A stretch of DNA of 64,000 bases from Geopsychrobacteraceae bacterium (GTDB lineage Bacteria; Desulfobacterota; Desulfuromonadia; Desulfuromonadales; Geopsychrobacteraceae), in contig CAXXTB010000001.1 in the NCBI GenBank assembly GCA_963676795.2, positions 544,001 through 608,000 on the forward strand. Direction: 5' to 3'. The notes below the pieces were generated by a model. The model made no database searches, was not told the origin of the DNA, and worked only from the letters and a program-made list of their open reading frames with translations. Position numbers and translations under genes: made by a program. Below are positions 1-9,860 of this stretch, in pieces (position 1 is the first letter of the stretch; each line of letters begins with the position of its first letter).

Positions 1-226
1 CTTCCGCATGGCGATCAAGGATTTCGGCAGTGAGGAATTCAAAACCTATGACACCAAGATCAGGAACGACGTGACCTTCCTGATGAACAACCTGTGCAAG
101 AAGTTCGACTATACCAGGCTGGGCGCCAAGGAGGTCTGTCTCTACTTTGTCGACAAGCAGAATCAGGCGGAGAGTCCGAAGGGGTGGAGCGGAGATGATG
201 CGTCAGAGCTGGAACCGAAGGAGTGA
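1..226 (+). CDS. C-terminal part of a gene entering from the left edge; resembles the C-terminus of deltaproteobacterial PrkA-family serine protein kinases
   Basis: Open frame from the window edge (FRMAIKDF...TYDTKIRNDVTFLMNNLCKKFDYT..GAKEVCLY); family assignment from recalled similarity only. Confidence 0.5.
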   Translation, partial: FRMAIKDFGSEEFKTYDTKIRNDVTFLMNNLCKKFDYTRLGAKEVCLYFVDKQNQAESPKGWSGDDASELEPKE

Positions 227-273
227 GTCAGGTTCTGCTTGAATACTAATTCGGCTTTCTGTTCCATGGATGT

Positions 274-713
274 CAAGCCGGGAACCGGCTTTGCGATTGC
301 GCGAATCGGGGCGCGCAGCGACACGTCTGAGCGTGTAGAGAATAGCAGCCCCAAAGCTACGAAGAACGCCAGAAATAAACTAGGTCAGCGTATTTGAAGC
401 GCTTTCTTTTGGTTACGTTTTCTTTGTCGCCACAAAGAAAATGAACCCGGCAGGCGGGCCGGGACCCGCCGGTGTTGGTTCTTAAGATTGTGATGTTGAT
501 TTTTAAGACAAAAACCACGGGGTCGCGGCCCCGAACGCCGCCATACTCTTTTGTCTTGCCACAAAAGAGTATGCAGAAAAGGGCAGTTTATAGGTCGGTA
601 GTGTTCCTGCCTCTCTGCCGTAGCCTCAAATCAGTACCAGACAACGCGCCCCAAGATGGGCGAGCCCATCAACGGGCAGAATCGAAAAAACTCCGCAGAG
701 CGGAGTTTTGATT
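274..713 (-). repeat. Structured intergenic repeat element, copy 1
   Basis: Its reverse complement aligns with 28710-29142 over about 430 nt and with 36946-37240; six hairpins conserved. Confidence 0.85.
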
Positions 714-729
714 GATACCTGAATTAACA

Positions 730-757
730 AGCCCCGGCTTTTTTAAACCGGGGCTTA
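730..757. terminator. Intrinsic terminator-like hairpin downstream of the DUF2059 gene
   Basis: AAGCCCCGG-N10-CCGGGGCTT next to the stop codon at 761. Confidence 0.6.
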
Positions 758-760
758 ACT

Positions 761-1306
761 TTATTGCTGGGCCGCTGGTTCTTCCGCAGGCTGCGTGGCT
801 TCCTGAAGCTCTTCGATCATGTGCCGGCTGATCGCCTGGATCTGGGGAATCAGGTCTTTCATGTTCTCCTGGGCGATGACCATCGATTCCTGCATCAGCA
901 TCGGCATCTTTTCGATCATCTTCTGGCCGGCGGCCGAGGTGTAGAACTCGCTGATCGCCTTGATCTCGTCGCTGGTATAGACCCGGGCGTACAGGTCAAT
1001 GAACTGATCGCGCAGCTTCTCCCAGGACATTTCGGCTTTCAGCAGGTCGAACATCTGCTTGTTGTATTTTTCATAGATCGGCAACTGCTCCTCGCGGGCC
1101 CCCGTCTGTTCATACTGGCTCTGCAGCATCGCCTCCAGCTGGGCGTACATCGGCTCCATCATCTTGTCCATTTTGGTCATGGTCAGCATTTCTTCGATAT
1201 CGGCGCGCAGCTCTGGATTCGCAGCACTGTCGTCTGCACAGCTGAAGGTTGGAATCATGGTGGCAACAAACATGGCAAGCACAAGCAGTTTTGCAAAAGT
1301 TTTCAC
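761..1306 (-). CDS. DUF2059-like exported protein
   Basis: Signal peptide; motif LYARVYTSDEIKAISEFYTSAAGQKMIEKMP; AGGAG RBS before GTG. Confidence 0.8.
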   Translation of the reverse strand: MKTFAKLLVLAMFVATMIPTFSCADDSAANPELRADIEEMLTMTKMDKMMEPMYAQLEAMLQSQYEQTGAREEQLPIYEKYNKQMFDLLKAEMSWEKLRDQFIDLYARVYTSDEIKAISEFYTSAAGQKMIEKMPMLMQESMVIAQENMKDLIPQIQAISRHMIEELQEATQPAEEPAAQQ

Positions 1307-1542
1307 GTTTTGATCTCCTTTGAATAAAACAGTCTCAGATACCCCTTGTTCGGCTGCCGGGTGGCAGGTAGAGCGTCACAATCTAGCATTTTTTTCTACG
1401 GCAGGAGCCAGAAAAAATGTTGTGGCCGTCTTTTTGACCGGCTTACCGCTAAAAAAAACGCAGCTTTGCGTCAAGGAGCTGTCCGGGCTATGCGCCCGCG
1501 TTTGAGCCGGAATTATTGGAGTTCAGGTGGATGAAGCACATC

Positions 1543-3369
1543 TCAGGCCATAGCGCAGACCTGGTTCCGGCCAGACTCTTTCGCCTGGTAGAGCGCTCTG
1601 TCCGCTGTGGCAAAGAGCTGTTCAAAGGAGAGCGCCGCCTGTTGCGGGCTGCAGACACCGAAAGAGCAGGTGACAGAATTGACGGCGCTGAAACGATGCC
1701 CTTCAACGGCCTGTCTGAGCTTCTCGGCCAGGGCTGAAGCGGTGGCTGGGACGGTGGTGTCGAGGACCATAATGAATTCCTCTCCCCCCCAACGGCCGAA
1801 CAGATCGTTGCTGCGAATGTTGCTTTTGATCAGCAGCGCGAGTTCCTGCAGGACCTTGTCTCCGGTCGGGTGGCCGTAACGGTCATTGATCTGTTTGAAA
1901 TGGTCGATATCGATGACCACCAGCGAAAAGCTTTCCGCCAGGGTTATCTTGCGGTTGATATCTTCCATCAGGCCGCGCCGGTTGAGAATCTTGGTCAGCG
2001 GGTCGATATGGGCCTGGGTTTTCAGGGTGCGGTTGGACAGTACCAGTTCGACCTGCCGTTCGTGCAGGACACCGAGCAGATAATTGAAAAAACGGGCGAC
2101 AATTCCGACTTCGGTGCCGCGTTCTTCATAGATTTTATTCCCCAGCTGGCCGGAGCGCATGATGCGGATGATGCTCTCGATGGTTTCAACCCAGGGCAGT
2201 CTGGCATTATGTTCGGTGACATTCAGGCCGAGAACCTCATGCTTCCTGAGCACGCGCAGAGCGTTACAGACCCGTAACGCGAAGAAAAACACCAGGCCCA
2301 GAGAAAAAGCCAGGACAAAGGCGGCCGCGACTCCGGTAAACTGGACCAGGATAAATTCCAGTCGGCTCAGGCCGGAGGATGGTTCGCCGAAGAAGCCGAC
2401 AGCCATGGTGCCCCAGACGCCGACGCAGCCGTGTACGGCGACCACGCTGAGCGGATCATCGATTTCGAAGTGCTGGAGAAGATGATCGCTGGCAAACATG
2501 ATCATGGCGGAAAACAGTCCGACAATGGCGGCGATCCCGACCGTGAATTGGGCGCAGCCGGCCGTGATGCCGACCAGGCCGGCAACAATGCCGAAACTGA
2601 AGGCTTCGACACTGACCTTACCGTAGATGAGCAGGCAGATCAGGTAGGCGCTGATTCCTCCGGCCGCGCCAGAAATAAGGGTGTTGATCAATATCGATGA
2701 GACCTCGGGCCCGAAGGACAACAGGCTGCCGGCGTTGAAGCCGAACCAGGCGAACCAGAGAATCAGAGCACCGAAAACAATGGTGTTGTGATTGCTCGGC
2801 GAGAAATGACGCTGTTTGCCCTGTTTGAAGCGGCCGAGGCGGGGACCAAGGACAATAGCTCCGGCCAGGCCGATCCAGGCACCGATCGAATGAACCACCG
2901 TCGATCCGGCAAAATCGACAAACCCCATCGCTTTGAGCCAGCCGCCGTCGCCCCAGGCCCAGTGACCGAAGATCGGGTAGATGACCGCCGTGACGACAAT
3001 GGCCGTCAGGACGTAGCTGTTGAACTTCATCCGTTCGGCTACCGCCCCGGAAACAATGGTCGCTGCCGTGGTGGCGAACATCGCCTGGAAGAAGAAAAAG
3101 CTGCCGACGGAGTGGTCTTTGCCGTCGATCATGAACAGATCCGAGCCGAACAGCCCGCTCTGGTCGGCACCGAACATCAGGCCGAAGCCGATCAGCCAGT
3201 AGAAGAAGAAACCGAAGGTCGAGTCAGCCAGGTTTTTCATGGCGACATTGATGGTATTCTTGGATTGCGCGCAGCCTGTTTCGAGCATGGCGAAGCCGAG
3301 CTGCATCATAAAGACCAGAAAGGCACAGATGATGACCCAGTGGTAATCCAGGGCTGAGTGTGAACCCAT
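1543..3369 (-). CDS. amt: Ammonium transporter (Amt) domain fused to a GGDEF diguanylate cyclase
   Basis: Amt motifs MQLGFAMLE, DFAGSTVVH, WFAWFGFNAGS, DDPLSVVAVHG; C-terminal DPLTKILNRR, DIDHFKQINDRYGH, RSND I-site and GGEEF. Confidence 0.92.
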   Translation of the reverse strand: MGSHSALDYHWVIICAFLVFMMQLGFAMLETGCAQSKNTINVAMKNLADSTFGFFFYWLIGFGLMFGADQSGLFGSDLFMIDGKDHSVGSFFFFQAMFATTAATIVSGAVAERMKFNSYVLTAIVVTAVIYPIFGHWAWGDGGWLKAMGFVDFAGSTVVHSIGAWIGLAGAIVLGPRLGRFKQGKQRHFSPSNHNTIVFGALILWFAWFGFNAGSLLSFGPEVSSILINTLISGAAGGISAYLICLLIYGKVSVEAFSFGIVAGLVGITAGCAQFTVGIAAIVGLFSAMIMFASDHLLQHFEIDDPLSVVAVHGCVGVWGTMAVGFFGEPSSGLSRLEFILVQFTGVAAAFVLAFSLGLVFFFALRVCNALRVLRKHEVLGLNVTEHNARLPWVETIESIIRIMRSGQLGNKIYEERGTEVGIVARFFNYLLGVLHERQVELVLSNRTLKTQAHIDPLTKILNRRGLMEDINRKITLAESFSLVVIDIDHFKQINDRYGHPTGDKVLQELALLIKSNIRSNDLFGRWGGEEFIMVLDTTVPATASALAEKLRQAVEGHRFSAVNSVTCSFGVCSPQQAALSFEQLFATADRALYQAKESGRNQVCAMA

Positions 3370-3396
3370 AGGGAGCTCCTAGCGTACGTTATGTAC

Positions 3397-3473
3397 AAAA
3401 AAAGCCCTTCAACCATCGCTGTCCGATTGGTTCAAGGGCTCCATTGCCGTATTTGGTGCCGCCGCCTGGCGGT
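3397..3473 (-). promoter_or_regulatory. ANTAR-type dual-hairpin leader overlapping an intrinsic terminator upstream of amt-GGDEF
   Basis: Minus strand: CCGC-CAGGCG-GCGG, then GGC-AATGGA-GCC (hexaloop with A1/G4) overlapping the 5' arm of AGCCCTTGAACCAATCG...CGATGGTTGAAGGGCT followed by a T run. Confidence 0.7.
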
Positions 3474-3856
3474 ATTTCTGTAGATTTTACCGGTTCAAGG
3501 ATAGAGTGCCAGATTGGTTCTGTCAAATAAAATATCAAAAGGGCGCCAGCTAAAATCTGTTGTTTTTTAATGAGTTAGTGGCTAGGCTCCGAGTTGAACA
3601 GGGGATTGTCTATCATCGGGAAGATCATTTGGAAAAAGTGGGATGCCAGTGATCTGCATCGGTTGCGGAGAACTGGAGGAGACAATCAGGAATAGCTCAG
3701 CTTTATTCAAGTCGCCGGCGAACCCTCGCGCTGTCAATTCCACACTCATCTGTTACAATTTACCTGACAAAGCAGCAAGTTCGCCCTGATTCATGCGTAA
3801 TTCTCTTCTGTTATGCTTTACCGGCGGATCGCCGGTCACTCCGCAAGGAGGCCAGT

Positions 3857-4993
3857 ATGTCCAGAAAAATCTCAGTATCGATCGCGATCCTGCTGGTGCT
3901 TCTGATTGTCGCCGGCGGACTGATCTGGCTGCGTAACAGCCGTCAGCCGGTCGTCATCGGCTTTGTCGCCGGAGTGACCGGAAAATACGCCGATCTTGGT
4001 GTCGATTGCCGACGTGGTGTCGAGCTGGCGATCGCCAGGCAGAACCGCCGGGGGGGGATCTCAGGTCGTCCGCTGGAGCTGCTCAGCGAGGACGACGGCC
4101 AGGACGAAGAACGGGCCGTTGCGGCGGTCAAAACGCTGCTGAAGCACAATCTGCCGGTCATCATCGGTCATTCGACCAGCAGTATGAGCATGGCGACCCT
4201 GCCGTTGATCAATGCCAGTCAGACCCTGCTGTTCAGCCCCACCTCGTCAAGCGCCCGCCTGCAGGATATCGATGACAATTTTTTCAGAACCTGTACCGTT
4301 TCAGGGGTCTCCGCGGCAATGATGGCCCGCTACCTGGTGATCCGGAAGGGGGTCAGCAACGCCGGGGTGATCTATGATCTCGGCAATGAGGTCTATACCC
4401 AGGCCTGGTTCGATGCCTTTGAGAGCTCTTTCCTGAGAGAAGGGGGCGAGTCGGTCGTGCCTCTGGCCTTTACTTCCGGTGAGACCAGTCATCTGTTTCC
4501 CTTCATTGAGAAGATTCGCGATCCGCAGTTCGATGTCCTGGTGATCGTCACTAATTCCGCCGATGCCGCGATGCTCTGTCAGCAGATCCGCAAGAGTGAC
4601 TGGCAGGTGCCGCTGGCCATGGCCGACTGGGCGGCGACAGAGCAGCTGATCAGCCTCGGCGGACGGGCTGTCGAGGGGGTGATCATTCAACAGATCTTCA
4701 ATCGCGAGAGCCAGGAGCCTGCCTACCTGAGCTTCAAAGAGGAATTCCAGCGACTCTACAAGGTGGAGCCCGGCTTCGGGGCGTTGCATGCCTACGATGC
4801 AGCTACGGTTATCTTTACCTCAATGCAGCAACAGCAGAATGGTGAGTCACTCAAACAGGCCATCCTGCGCGTCGGGCAGTTCCAGGGGTTGCAGTATCCG
4901 GTCGAGATCAATCGCTTCGGGGATGCAGTCCACGCCACCTACATAGGGGTTGTGCGTGACGGAGGTTTTGAAATTCTCGGAGATTTCCGGTGA
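3857..4993 (+). CDS. Branched-chain amino acid-type (LivJ-like) periplasmic substrate-binding protein
   Basis: N-terminal TM/signal; GVELAIARQNRRGGISGRPLELLSEDD, IIGHSTSS, AYDA motifs. Confidence 0.85.
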   Translation: MSRKISVSIAILLVLLIVAGGLIWLRNSRQPVVIGFVAGVTGKYADLGVDCRRGVELAIARQNRRGGISGRPLELLSEDDGQDEERAVAAVKTLLKHNLPVIIGHSTSSMSMATLPLINASQTLLFSPTSSSARLQDIDDNFFRTCTVSGVSAAMMARYLVIRKGVSNAGVIYDLGNEVYTQAWFDAFESSFLREGGESVVPLAFTSGETSHLFPFIEKIRDPQFDVLVIVTNSADAAMLCQQIRKSDWQVPLAMADWAATEQLISLGGRAVEGVIIQQIFNRESQEPAYLSFKEEFQRLYKVEPGFGALHAYDAATVIFTSMQQQQNGESLKQAILRVGQFQGLQYPVEINRFGDAVHATYIGVVRDGGFEILGDFR

Positions 4994-7617
4994 AGAGTCG
5001 TTCAACCCTGCGTCAATCGCTGATTTCTTCCTATTCCCTGGTCAGCCTGATCCCCTTGTTGCTGATGGCGCTGTTTATCCTGCTGTTCATCGTCAGGGAG
5101 AAGAATGTCGATTTCACGGCGCGGATCGACCTGCTCTCTCAGGGGGTGCGCGGCCAGATCCAGCTGTTCATGAATCAGCCGCTGGCGACACTCAACACCA
5201 TTGCCGCCATGCTCGCCGATTCCGAGGTCAACGACAGTCACAAGATCGAGCGCATTCTGAACCTCAACGTGCGCAGTTCTCCCTATTTCGAACGGATCTA
5301 TCTGATCGATCCTTCCGGACGGGTTGTCGATGTCGGTCTGCGCCAAAACCGCGAGAATGACCGCCAGGATCTGCTCGGCATCGATCTCTTCCATCTGCCG
5401 GAATTTCAGCGGATCAGCGCCAGCGGCGAGCTGCTCTGGTCGGATACCTTTTTGTCGCTGGCCAGCGGAGAACTGAGCGTCATGCTCTATATCCCGGCGG
5501 GGGAGAACGTGCTGGCGGCGGAGATCGGCCTGACCAAGCTGGCACAGTTTATCGAGAAACTCAGCAGTGCGACCGTGCAGACCATGATCATCGACCGTAA
5601 CGGAGCGATCCTGTTCCATCCCGATGCCGGCCAGCGCGGCAAGGGGCTGATGGCCAACGATATCGAGCTGGTCGCAGCGGCTCTCCAAGGGAGCGAAGGG
5701 ACCGGGCTGTTCCGTTGCCAGGGTGAAACCTTTTTCGGCGCAACCAGCATTATCGAACCGATCGGCTGGGTCGCGCTGATCGCCCAGCCGGTCGACAGCT
5801 TTATTGCAACCCTGACCATACCCCTGCTGATCATCTGCAGCGGTATCGGCGTGGCAATGATTCTGTCGCTGTTGCTGGCGATCAACCGTTCGCGCAAGCT
5901 GGCCAATCCACTGATCGAAATGACCCGTCAGAGCGATGTCATCGCCAGGGGGGATTACCGCCATCTGTTGCCTCCCGGTGAATACCAGGAGCTGACCCAG
6001 CTGGCCGTCAGTATCAATGACATGGCGACCGCGATCCAGCAGCGTGAGGAAGCGCTGCGTGACAATGAACTGAAATACCGTGAACTGGTCGAGAATACCA
6101 ATAATCTGGTCCTGTGCCTCGACCAGGAGCTGAGGATTAGCTACGCCAATCACAGTCTTGCCCGGCTGAGCGGGATTGACGAGGGGCAGGCCATCGGTAC
6201 ACATTTTTCCGACTGCATCCTCGCCGCCGACTGGCCGGAGGTCGAGACAACGCTCCGGGCCTGGTGCTCCTGCCAGGATGCCAGTGGCAGCCTGGAGTGC
6301 CGCAGCCAGGATGGCAATGGAGAGACTCATTACCTGCTGCTCGCCTTCAACCTCCATTATGCACGGGGGACGCTGAGCGATATCAGCATCATCGGTCATG
6401 ATGTGACCATTCGCCACCAGATCGAAAACCAGCGCAAAGAGCTGGAAGAGAAGCAGCAGCGTTCGCAGAAGATGGAACTGCTCGGCCTGATGGCTGGTGG
6501 GGTGGCCCATGACCTGAACAATATTTTGGCCGGAATCATCAACCTGCCTGAGATCATGCTGCTGACCCTGGATAAGAATGATGAACTGCACCACTCGCTG
6601 CAATCGATCAAGCAGTCCGGCGAACGTGCCGCTGCGGTTGTCGCCGATCTGCTGACCATTGCCCGGGGTTCTGTCGCCGCCAGGGAGCCGCTTGCGCTCA
6701 ATCAGCTGATCGAGGACTACCTGGCAACGCCGGAATTCAAGCGTCTGTGCGAGCTGCATCCGGACGTCGCCTTCCGTTTCAGTCCGGCGGACCAGCTCCG
6801 CAGCTGTGTCTGCTCGCGGACCCATATTGAGAAGGCACTGATGAACCTGGTCATCAACGCCTTTGAGGCGATTCATGGCGAGGGGCTGGTCGAGGTGGCG
6901 ACCGCCAGTCTGAGCGCCGACGAGATCGCGGTGCTCACCGCTGAACTGACACCGGGCGATTATGTTTCCATCGTTGTGCGCGACAGTGGCAGCGGGATCT
7001 CCGCTGAAGATCTGCAACGGATCTTTGAGCCGTTCTTTTCGAAAAAGGGGCTCGGCCGCAGTGGTACGGGGATCGGCCTTTCCGTGGTCTGGAACAGTAT
7101 CCGCGAGCATGGCGGTACGGTCCTGGTTGACAGCAGCCCGGCCGGTACCCAGTTCCGCATCCTGTTGCCGGTCTCCGGCGCAGCAGCGGAATTACCTGCC
7201 CAGCCGGATGAAGGGCAGGATCTGCAGGGGCAGGGGGAACGCGTTCTGGTGGTTGATGATGAGGATATCCTGCGCGAGATCGCGGTGAATATGCTGCGCA
7301 TCCTCGGTTACCGGGCAACGGCGGTCAACTGTGGGGAGAAAGCGCTTGAGTATCTGGAGCAGAACGAGGTTGAGCTGGTGATCCTTGATATGCAGATGGA
7401 TCCCGGCATGAACGGGCAGCAGACCTATTCGCTGATCCACCAGCGCAATCCGCGCCAGAAGGCCCTGATCGCCACAGGCTTCTCATCCAGTAAAGCGGTC
7501 GGCAGGACCATTGAAGAAGGGGCCGCCGGCTTTATTCAGAAACCCTACAGCCTGCAAGGTTTCGGCCGGGCGGTCCGTGCCGCTCTGCAGCAGGATGATC
7601 AGTCCGCTAGCAGCTGA
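4990..7617 (+). CDS. Hybrid sensor histidine kinase (Cache-HAMP-PAS-HisKA-HATPase-REC)
   Basis: AGGVAHDLNNIL H-box, NLVINAFEA N-box, DSGSGI and GTGIGL G-boxes, VLVVDDE/LDMQM receiver; GTGA overlap with the upstream gene. Confidence 0.9.
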   Translation: MKSRSTLRQSLISSYSLVSLIPLLLMALFILLFIVREKNVDFTARIDLLSQGVRGQIQLFMNQPLATLNTIAAMLADSEVNDSHKIERILNLNVRSSPYFERIYLIDPSGRVVDVGLRQNRENDRQDLLGIDLFHLPEFQRISASGELLWSDTFLSLASGELSVMLYIPAGENVLAAEIGLTKLAQFIEKLSSATVQTMIIDRNGAILFHPDAGQRGKGLMANDIELVAAALQGSEGTGLFRCQGETFFGATSIIEPIGWVALIAQPVDSFIATLTIPLLIICSGIGVAMILSLLLAINRSRKLANPLIEMTRQSDVIARGDYRHLLPPGEYQELTQLAVSINDMATAIQQREEALRDNELKYRELVENTNNLVLCLDQELRISYANHSLARLSGIDEGQAIGTHFSDCILAADWPEVETTLRAWCSCQDASGSLECRSQDGNGETHYLLLAFNLHYARGTLSDISIIGHDVTIRHQIENQRKELEEKQQRSQKMELLGLMAGGVAHDLNNILAGIINLPEIMLLTLDKNDELHHSLQSIKQSGERAAAVVADLLTIARGSVAAREPLALNQLIEDYLATPEFKRLCELHPDVAFRFSPADQLRSCVCSRTHIEKALMNLVINAFEAIHGEGLVEVATASLSADEIAVLTAELTPGDYVSIVVRDSGSGISAEDLQRIFEPFFSKKGLGRSGTGIGLSVVWNSIREHGGTVLVDSSPAGTQFRILLPVSGAAAELPAQPDEGQDLQGQGERVLVVDDEDILREIAVNMLRILGYRATAVNCGEKALEYLEQNEVELVILDMQMDPGMNGQQTYSLIHQRNPRQKALIATGFSSSKAVGRTIEEGAAGFIQKPYSLQGFGRAVRAALQQDDQSASS

Positions 7618-8507
7618 CAGTTGCTGGTGAAGAGCAGCTGCTTCTGACTGATCGGATCGACAAAGGCCAGGCGGCGGGCGATTAGCTGCAGCGGGCTGGT
7701 GAAATCATCCAGCCGCTCATCGATGACCTGCGGATAGAAAAAATCGTTGACGATCGGCGCGCCGAGAGCCGCCATGTGCAGGCGCAGCTGATGCTTTTTG
7801 CCGGTGATCGGGGTCAGGGCGTAGTGCCAGTACTTCTCACCCGTGCCGATAACCTCGATCAGTGTCTCGGCATTGATCTCTCCGCCAACCTGCTGCGACA
7901 GGAAGAACGGCTCGCCACGGACGATGCGCGAGCTGTAGCGGTAGGGAAACACCAGCTCGGGCAGCGGCGGGGCCAGCGCCTCGTAGCTTTTGTCGATGCT
8001 CTGCTCGCGGAACAGCGCCTGGTAGAGTCCGCGGGTCTCTTTTCTGGTGGAAAACAGCACCAGCCCCGCGGTATGGCGGTCGAGCCGGTGGAGCGGCTGC
8101 AGATCGCGATTGCCGGTCCGGGTGATCAGGCGGGCCAGCAAGGTCTGAGTGACGTATCCACCGGTCGGGATAACGGGCAGAAAATGGGGTTTGTCGGCGA
8201 CCAGCAGGTTGTCGTCCTGGTAGAGGATCTCTTCCACGACCGGAATGCTCTGCTCGGCCTTGTTCTCCCGGTAATAGAGAATCTTCATCCCCGCTTTTGG
8301 CTGAAGAGCGGCTGTCAGCGGCTGCTGTTGTGCATCCTGAACCAGGCCGCGTGCAAAGCGATCCAGCCAGCCGTCGTGGCCGACCCGCGGGAAGCGTTCT
8401 GCGAGGCAGTCGAGCAGGCTGGGCCACTGCCCGGAGGGAATGATGAAGGTGCTGGCGTTGATTCGGACCACTGGGCTCCCGGTCGTTGTGTCTTGCTGTT
8501 CAGTCAT
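7599..8507 (-). CDS. RluA-family pseudouridine synthase
   Basis: HRLDRHTAG catalytic motif, DKPHFLPV, TGKKHQLRLH. Confidence 0.9.
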   Translation of the reverse strand: MTEQQDTTTGSPVVRINASTFIIPSGQWPSLLDCLAERFPRVGHDGWLDRFARGLVQDAQQQPLTAALQPKAGMKILYYRENKAEQSIPVVEEILYQDDNLLVADKPHFLPVIPTGGYVTQTLLARLITRTGNRDLQPLHRLDRHTAGLVLFSTRKETRGLYQALFREQSIDKSYEALAPPLPELVFPYRYSSRIVRGEPFFLSQQVGGEINAETLIEVIGTGEKYWHYALTPITGKKHQLRLHMAALGAPIVNDFFYPQVIDERLDDFTSPLQLIARRLAFVDPISQKQLLFTSNCQLLAD

Positions 8508-8964
8508 GGACGATGAATTTATTCAGGGTGTCATCCAGCGCCGCCAGTTGGCGGGCGACATCGCTGCGCGGATCGATCAGTTCGAAATCCTCGAATTCGA
8601 AGCCCGGTCCGACACTGCAGCCGACCAGAACCTCGTCACCGAGTGGCGCGGCCGCCTGCCAGACTCCGGCCGGGACAACCTGGCAGTAGCAGTTGCTTGC
8701 CGCTGAAAGCTCATGGCAGACCGGTGGGGCGTCACTGCCATCCCAGGTATAGAGCAGCACCCCTTCCCCCCGGTAGAGGTTCCAGACCTCGTCGGAACTG
8801 ACCCTGTGAAAACGGCTGACCTCCCCCCTGGATAGCGAAAAATAGATGTGGGTCAGCGCCGATTTGCTCCGGCCGTCGGCTGTTGTGACAATCTGTGCAG
8901 ACCTGAAGACTTCGCGGAAGCGTCCCCCTTCCGGGTGTTTCAAGAGATTTATCGGTTTCATCAC
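8500..8964 (-). CDS. Cupin-domain protein (DUF985/Cupin_5)
   Basis: HPEGGRFRE, FHRVSSDEVW, VVPAGVWQAA, VGPGFEFEDF. Confidence 0.88.
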   Translation of the reverse strand: MMKPINLLKHPEGGRFREVFRSAQIVTTADGRSKSALTHIYFSLSRGEVSRFHRVSSDEVWNLYRGEGVLLYTWDGSDAPPVCHELSAASNCYCQVVPAGVWQAAAPLGDEVLVGCSVGPGFEFEDFELIDPRSDVARQLAALDDTLNKFIVHD

Positions 8965-8982
8965 TGTCGCTCTGATCGAAAG

Positions 8983-9831
8983 TTATTTGTTCTGCTCAAC
9001 CAGCGCCGCGAGGATAGCATCAATGTCCGGTGCTGTCGCAGCATTTTTGAATGAGCTCATCTGCTGGTAGATAGCTCCGGCAGCGCGATGAAAATCGGCC
9101 GGCAGACCCGCTGCGGCAAAGGTCGCCGCGATCTCATCCATCTCGCCGACAAAGCGCCAGGCCTTGGGTGCTGTCGCTGCAACACGCGCATGGGTTTGTG
9201 CCGCATAGTCGGAATCGCCCCGAGACCAGTGATTTTCCAGGTCCTGACGCACGCCAAGCTGTTCGGCGACAGCCAAGATGGCGGCCAGCAGGGCTGCGGT
9301 CCCTTTGCTGTTGGCGGCGAAGCACATCTTCAGGGCCGATGCCTTGCCGATCTCAGCGCCGATCACTTCGCAGGCGAGTGGACCGGCGGAAAAACACTCG
9401 GCCAGCGGAGCGGCCCTTTGTCCTGCCAGGTACAGCCAGGTTTTGCCCGGAGTCCAGGCCGGCGGACCGATGATGCCGCCGTCAACCACGGCGATTCCGC
9501 CGCCCGTCAGCAGTCCGGCGATCTCTTTGACATGCTCCGGAGAGATGGCATTGGCGTCGAGGTAGGTTCCTGTGAAGCCTGCTGCGAGCACCTCTTCAGC
9601 GACTGCTTTAGCGGCATGTGGCGGGCAGACACTGACAATGATTGGGCAGCTTGAACAGAGCTGGTCAAGGCTCTGAAGTTCTGTCAGGCCATGCTCCTCG
9701 GCGCGCTTGCGGGTCTCTTCACTTCTGCCGCTGGACACCCAGCAGGCAGCGTGGCCACTCTTTTTAGCCGCTGCCGCCAGCGAAATTCCCATCGCTCCGG
9801 GGTGTAGAAAGCCAATGGCATCTTTGGTCAT
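8983..9831 (-). CDS. NAD(P)-dependent oxidoreductase (6-phosphogluconate dehydrogenase-like, DUF1932)
   Basis: IGFLHPGAMG, DANAISP, DGGIIGPP, ASALKMCFA, KAWRFVGEMDEIA. Confidence 0.85.
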   Translation of the reverse strand: MTKDAIGFLHPGAMGISLAAAAKKSGHAACWVSSGRSEETRKRAEEHGLTELQSLDQLCSSCPIIVSVCPPHAAKAVAEEVLAAGFTGTYLDANAISPEHVKEIAGLLTGGGIAVVDGGIIGPPAWTPGKTWLYLAGQRAAPLAECFSAGPLACEVIGAEIGKASALKMCFAANSKGTAALLAAILAVAEQLGVRQDLENHWSRGDSDYAAQTHARVAATAPKAWRFVGEMDEIAATFAAAGLPADFHRAAGAIYQQMSSFKNAATAPDIDAILAALVEQNK

Positions 9832-9860
9832 AAGCCCTCCTTGTCTTGTCGTTTATCTGT

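Noticed and set aside
472..711. Short ORFs inside the structured repeats (472-711, 28721-28945, 37088-37402)
   Set aside because: Frames and peptides are not conserved between copies, whereas base pairing is.
3493..3513. Possible sigma-54 promoter TGGCAC...TTGA upstream of amt-GGDEF (minus strand)
   Set aside because: GG to GA spacing is 12 nt rather than the required 10, and the -12 GC is missing.
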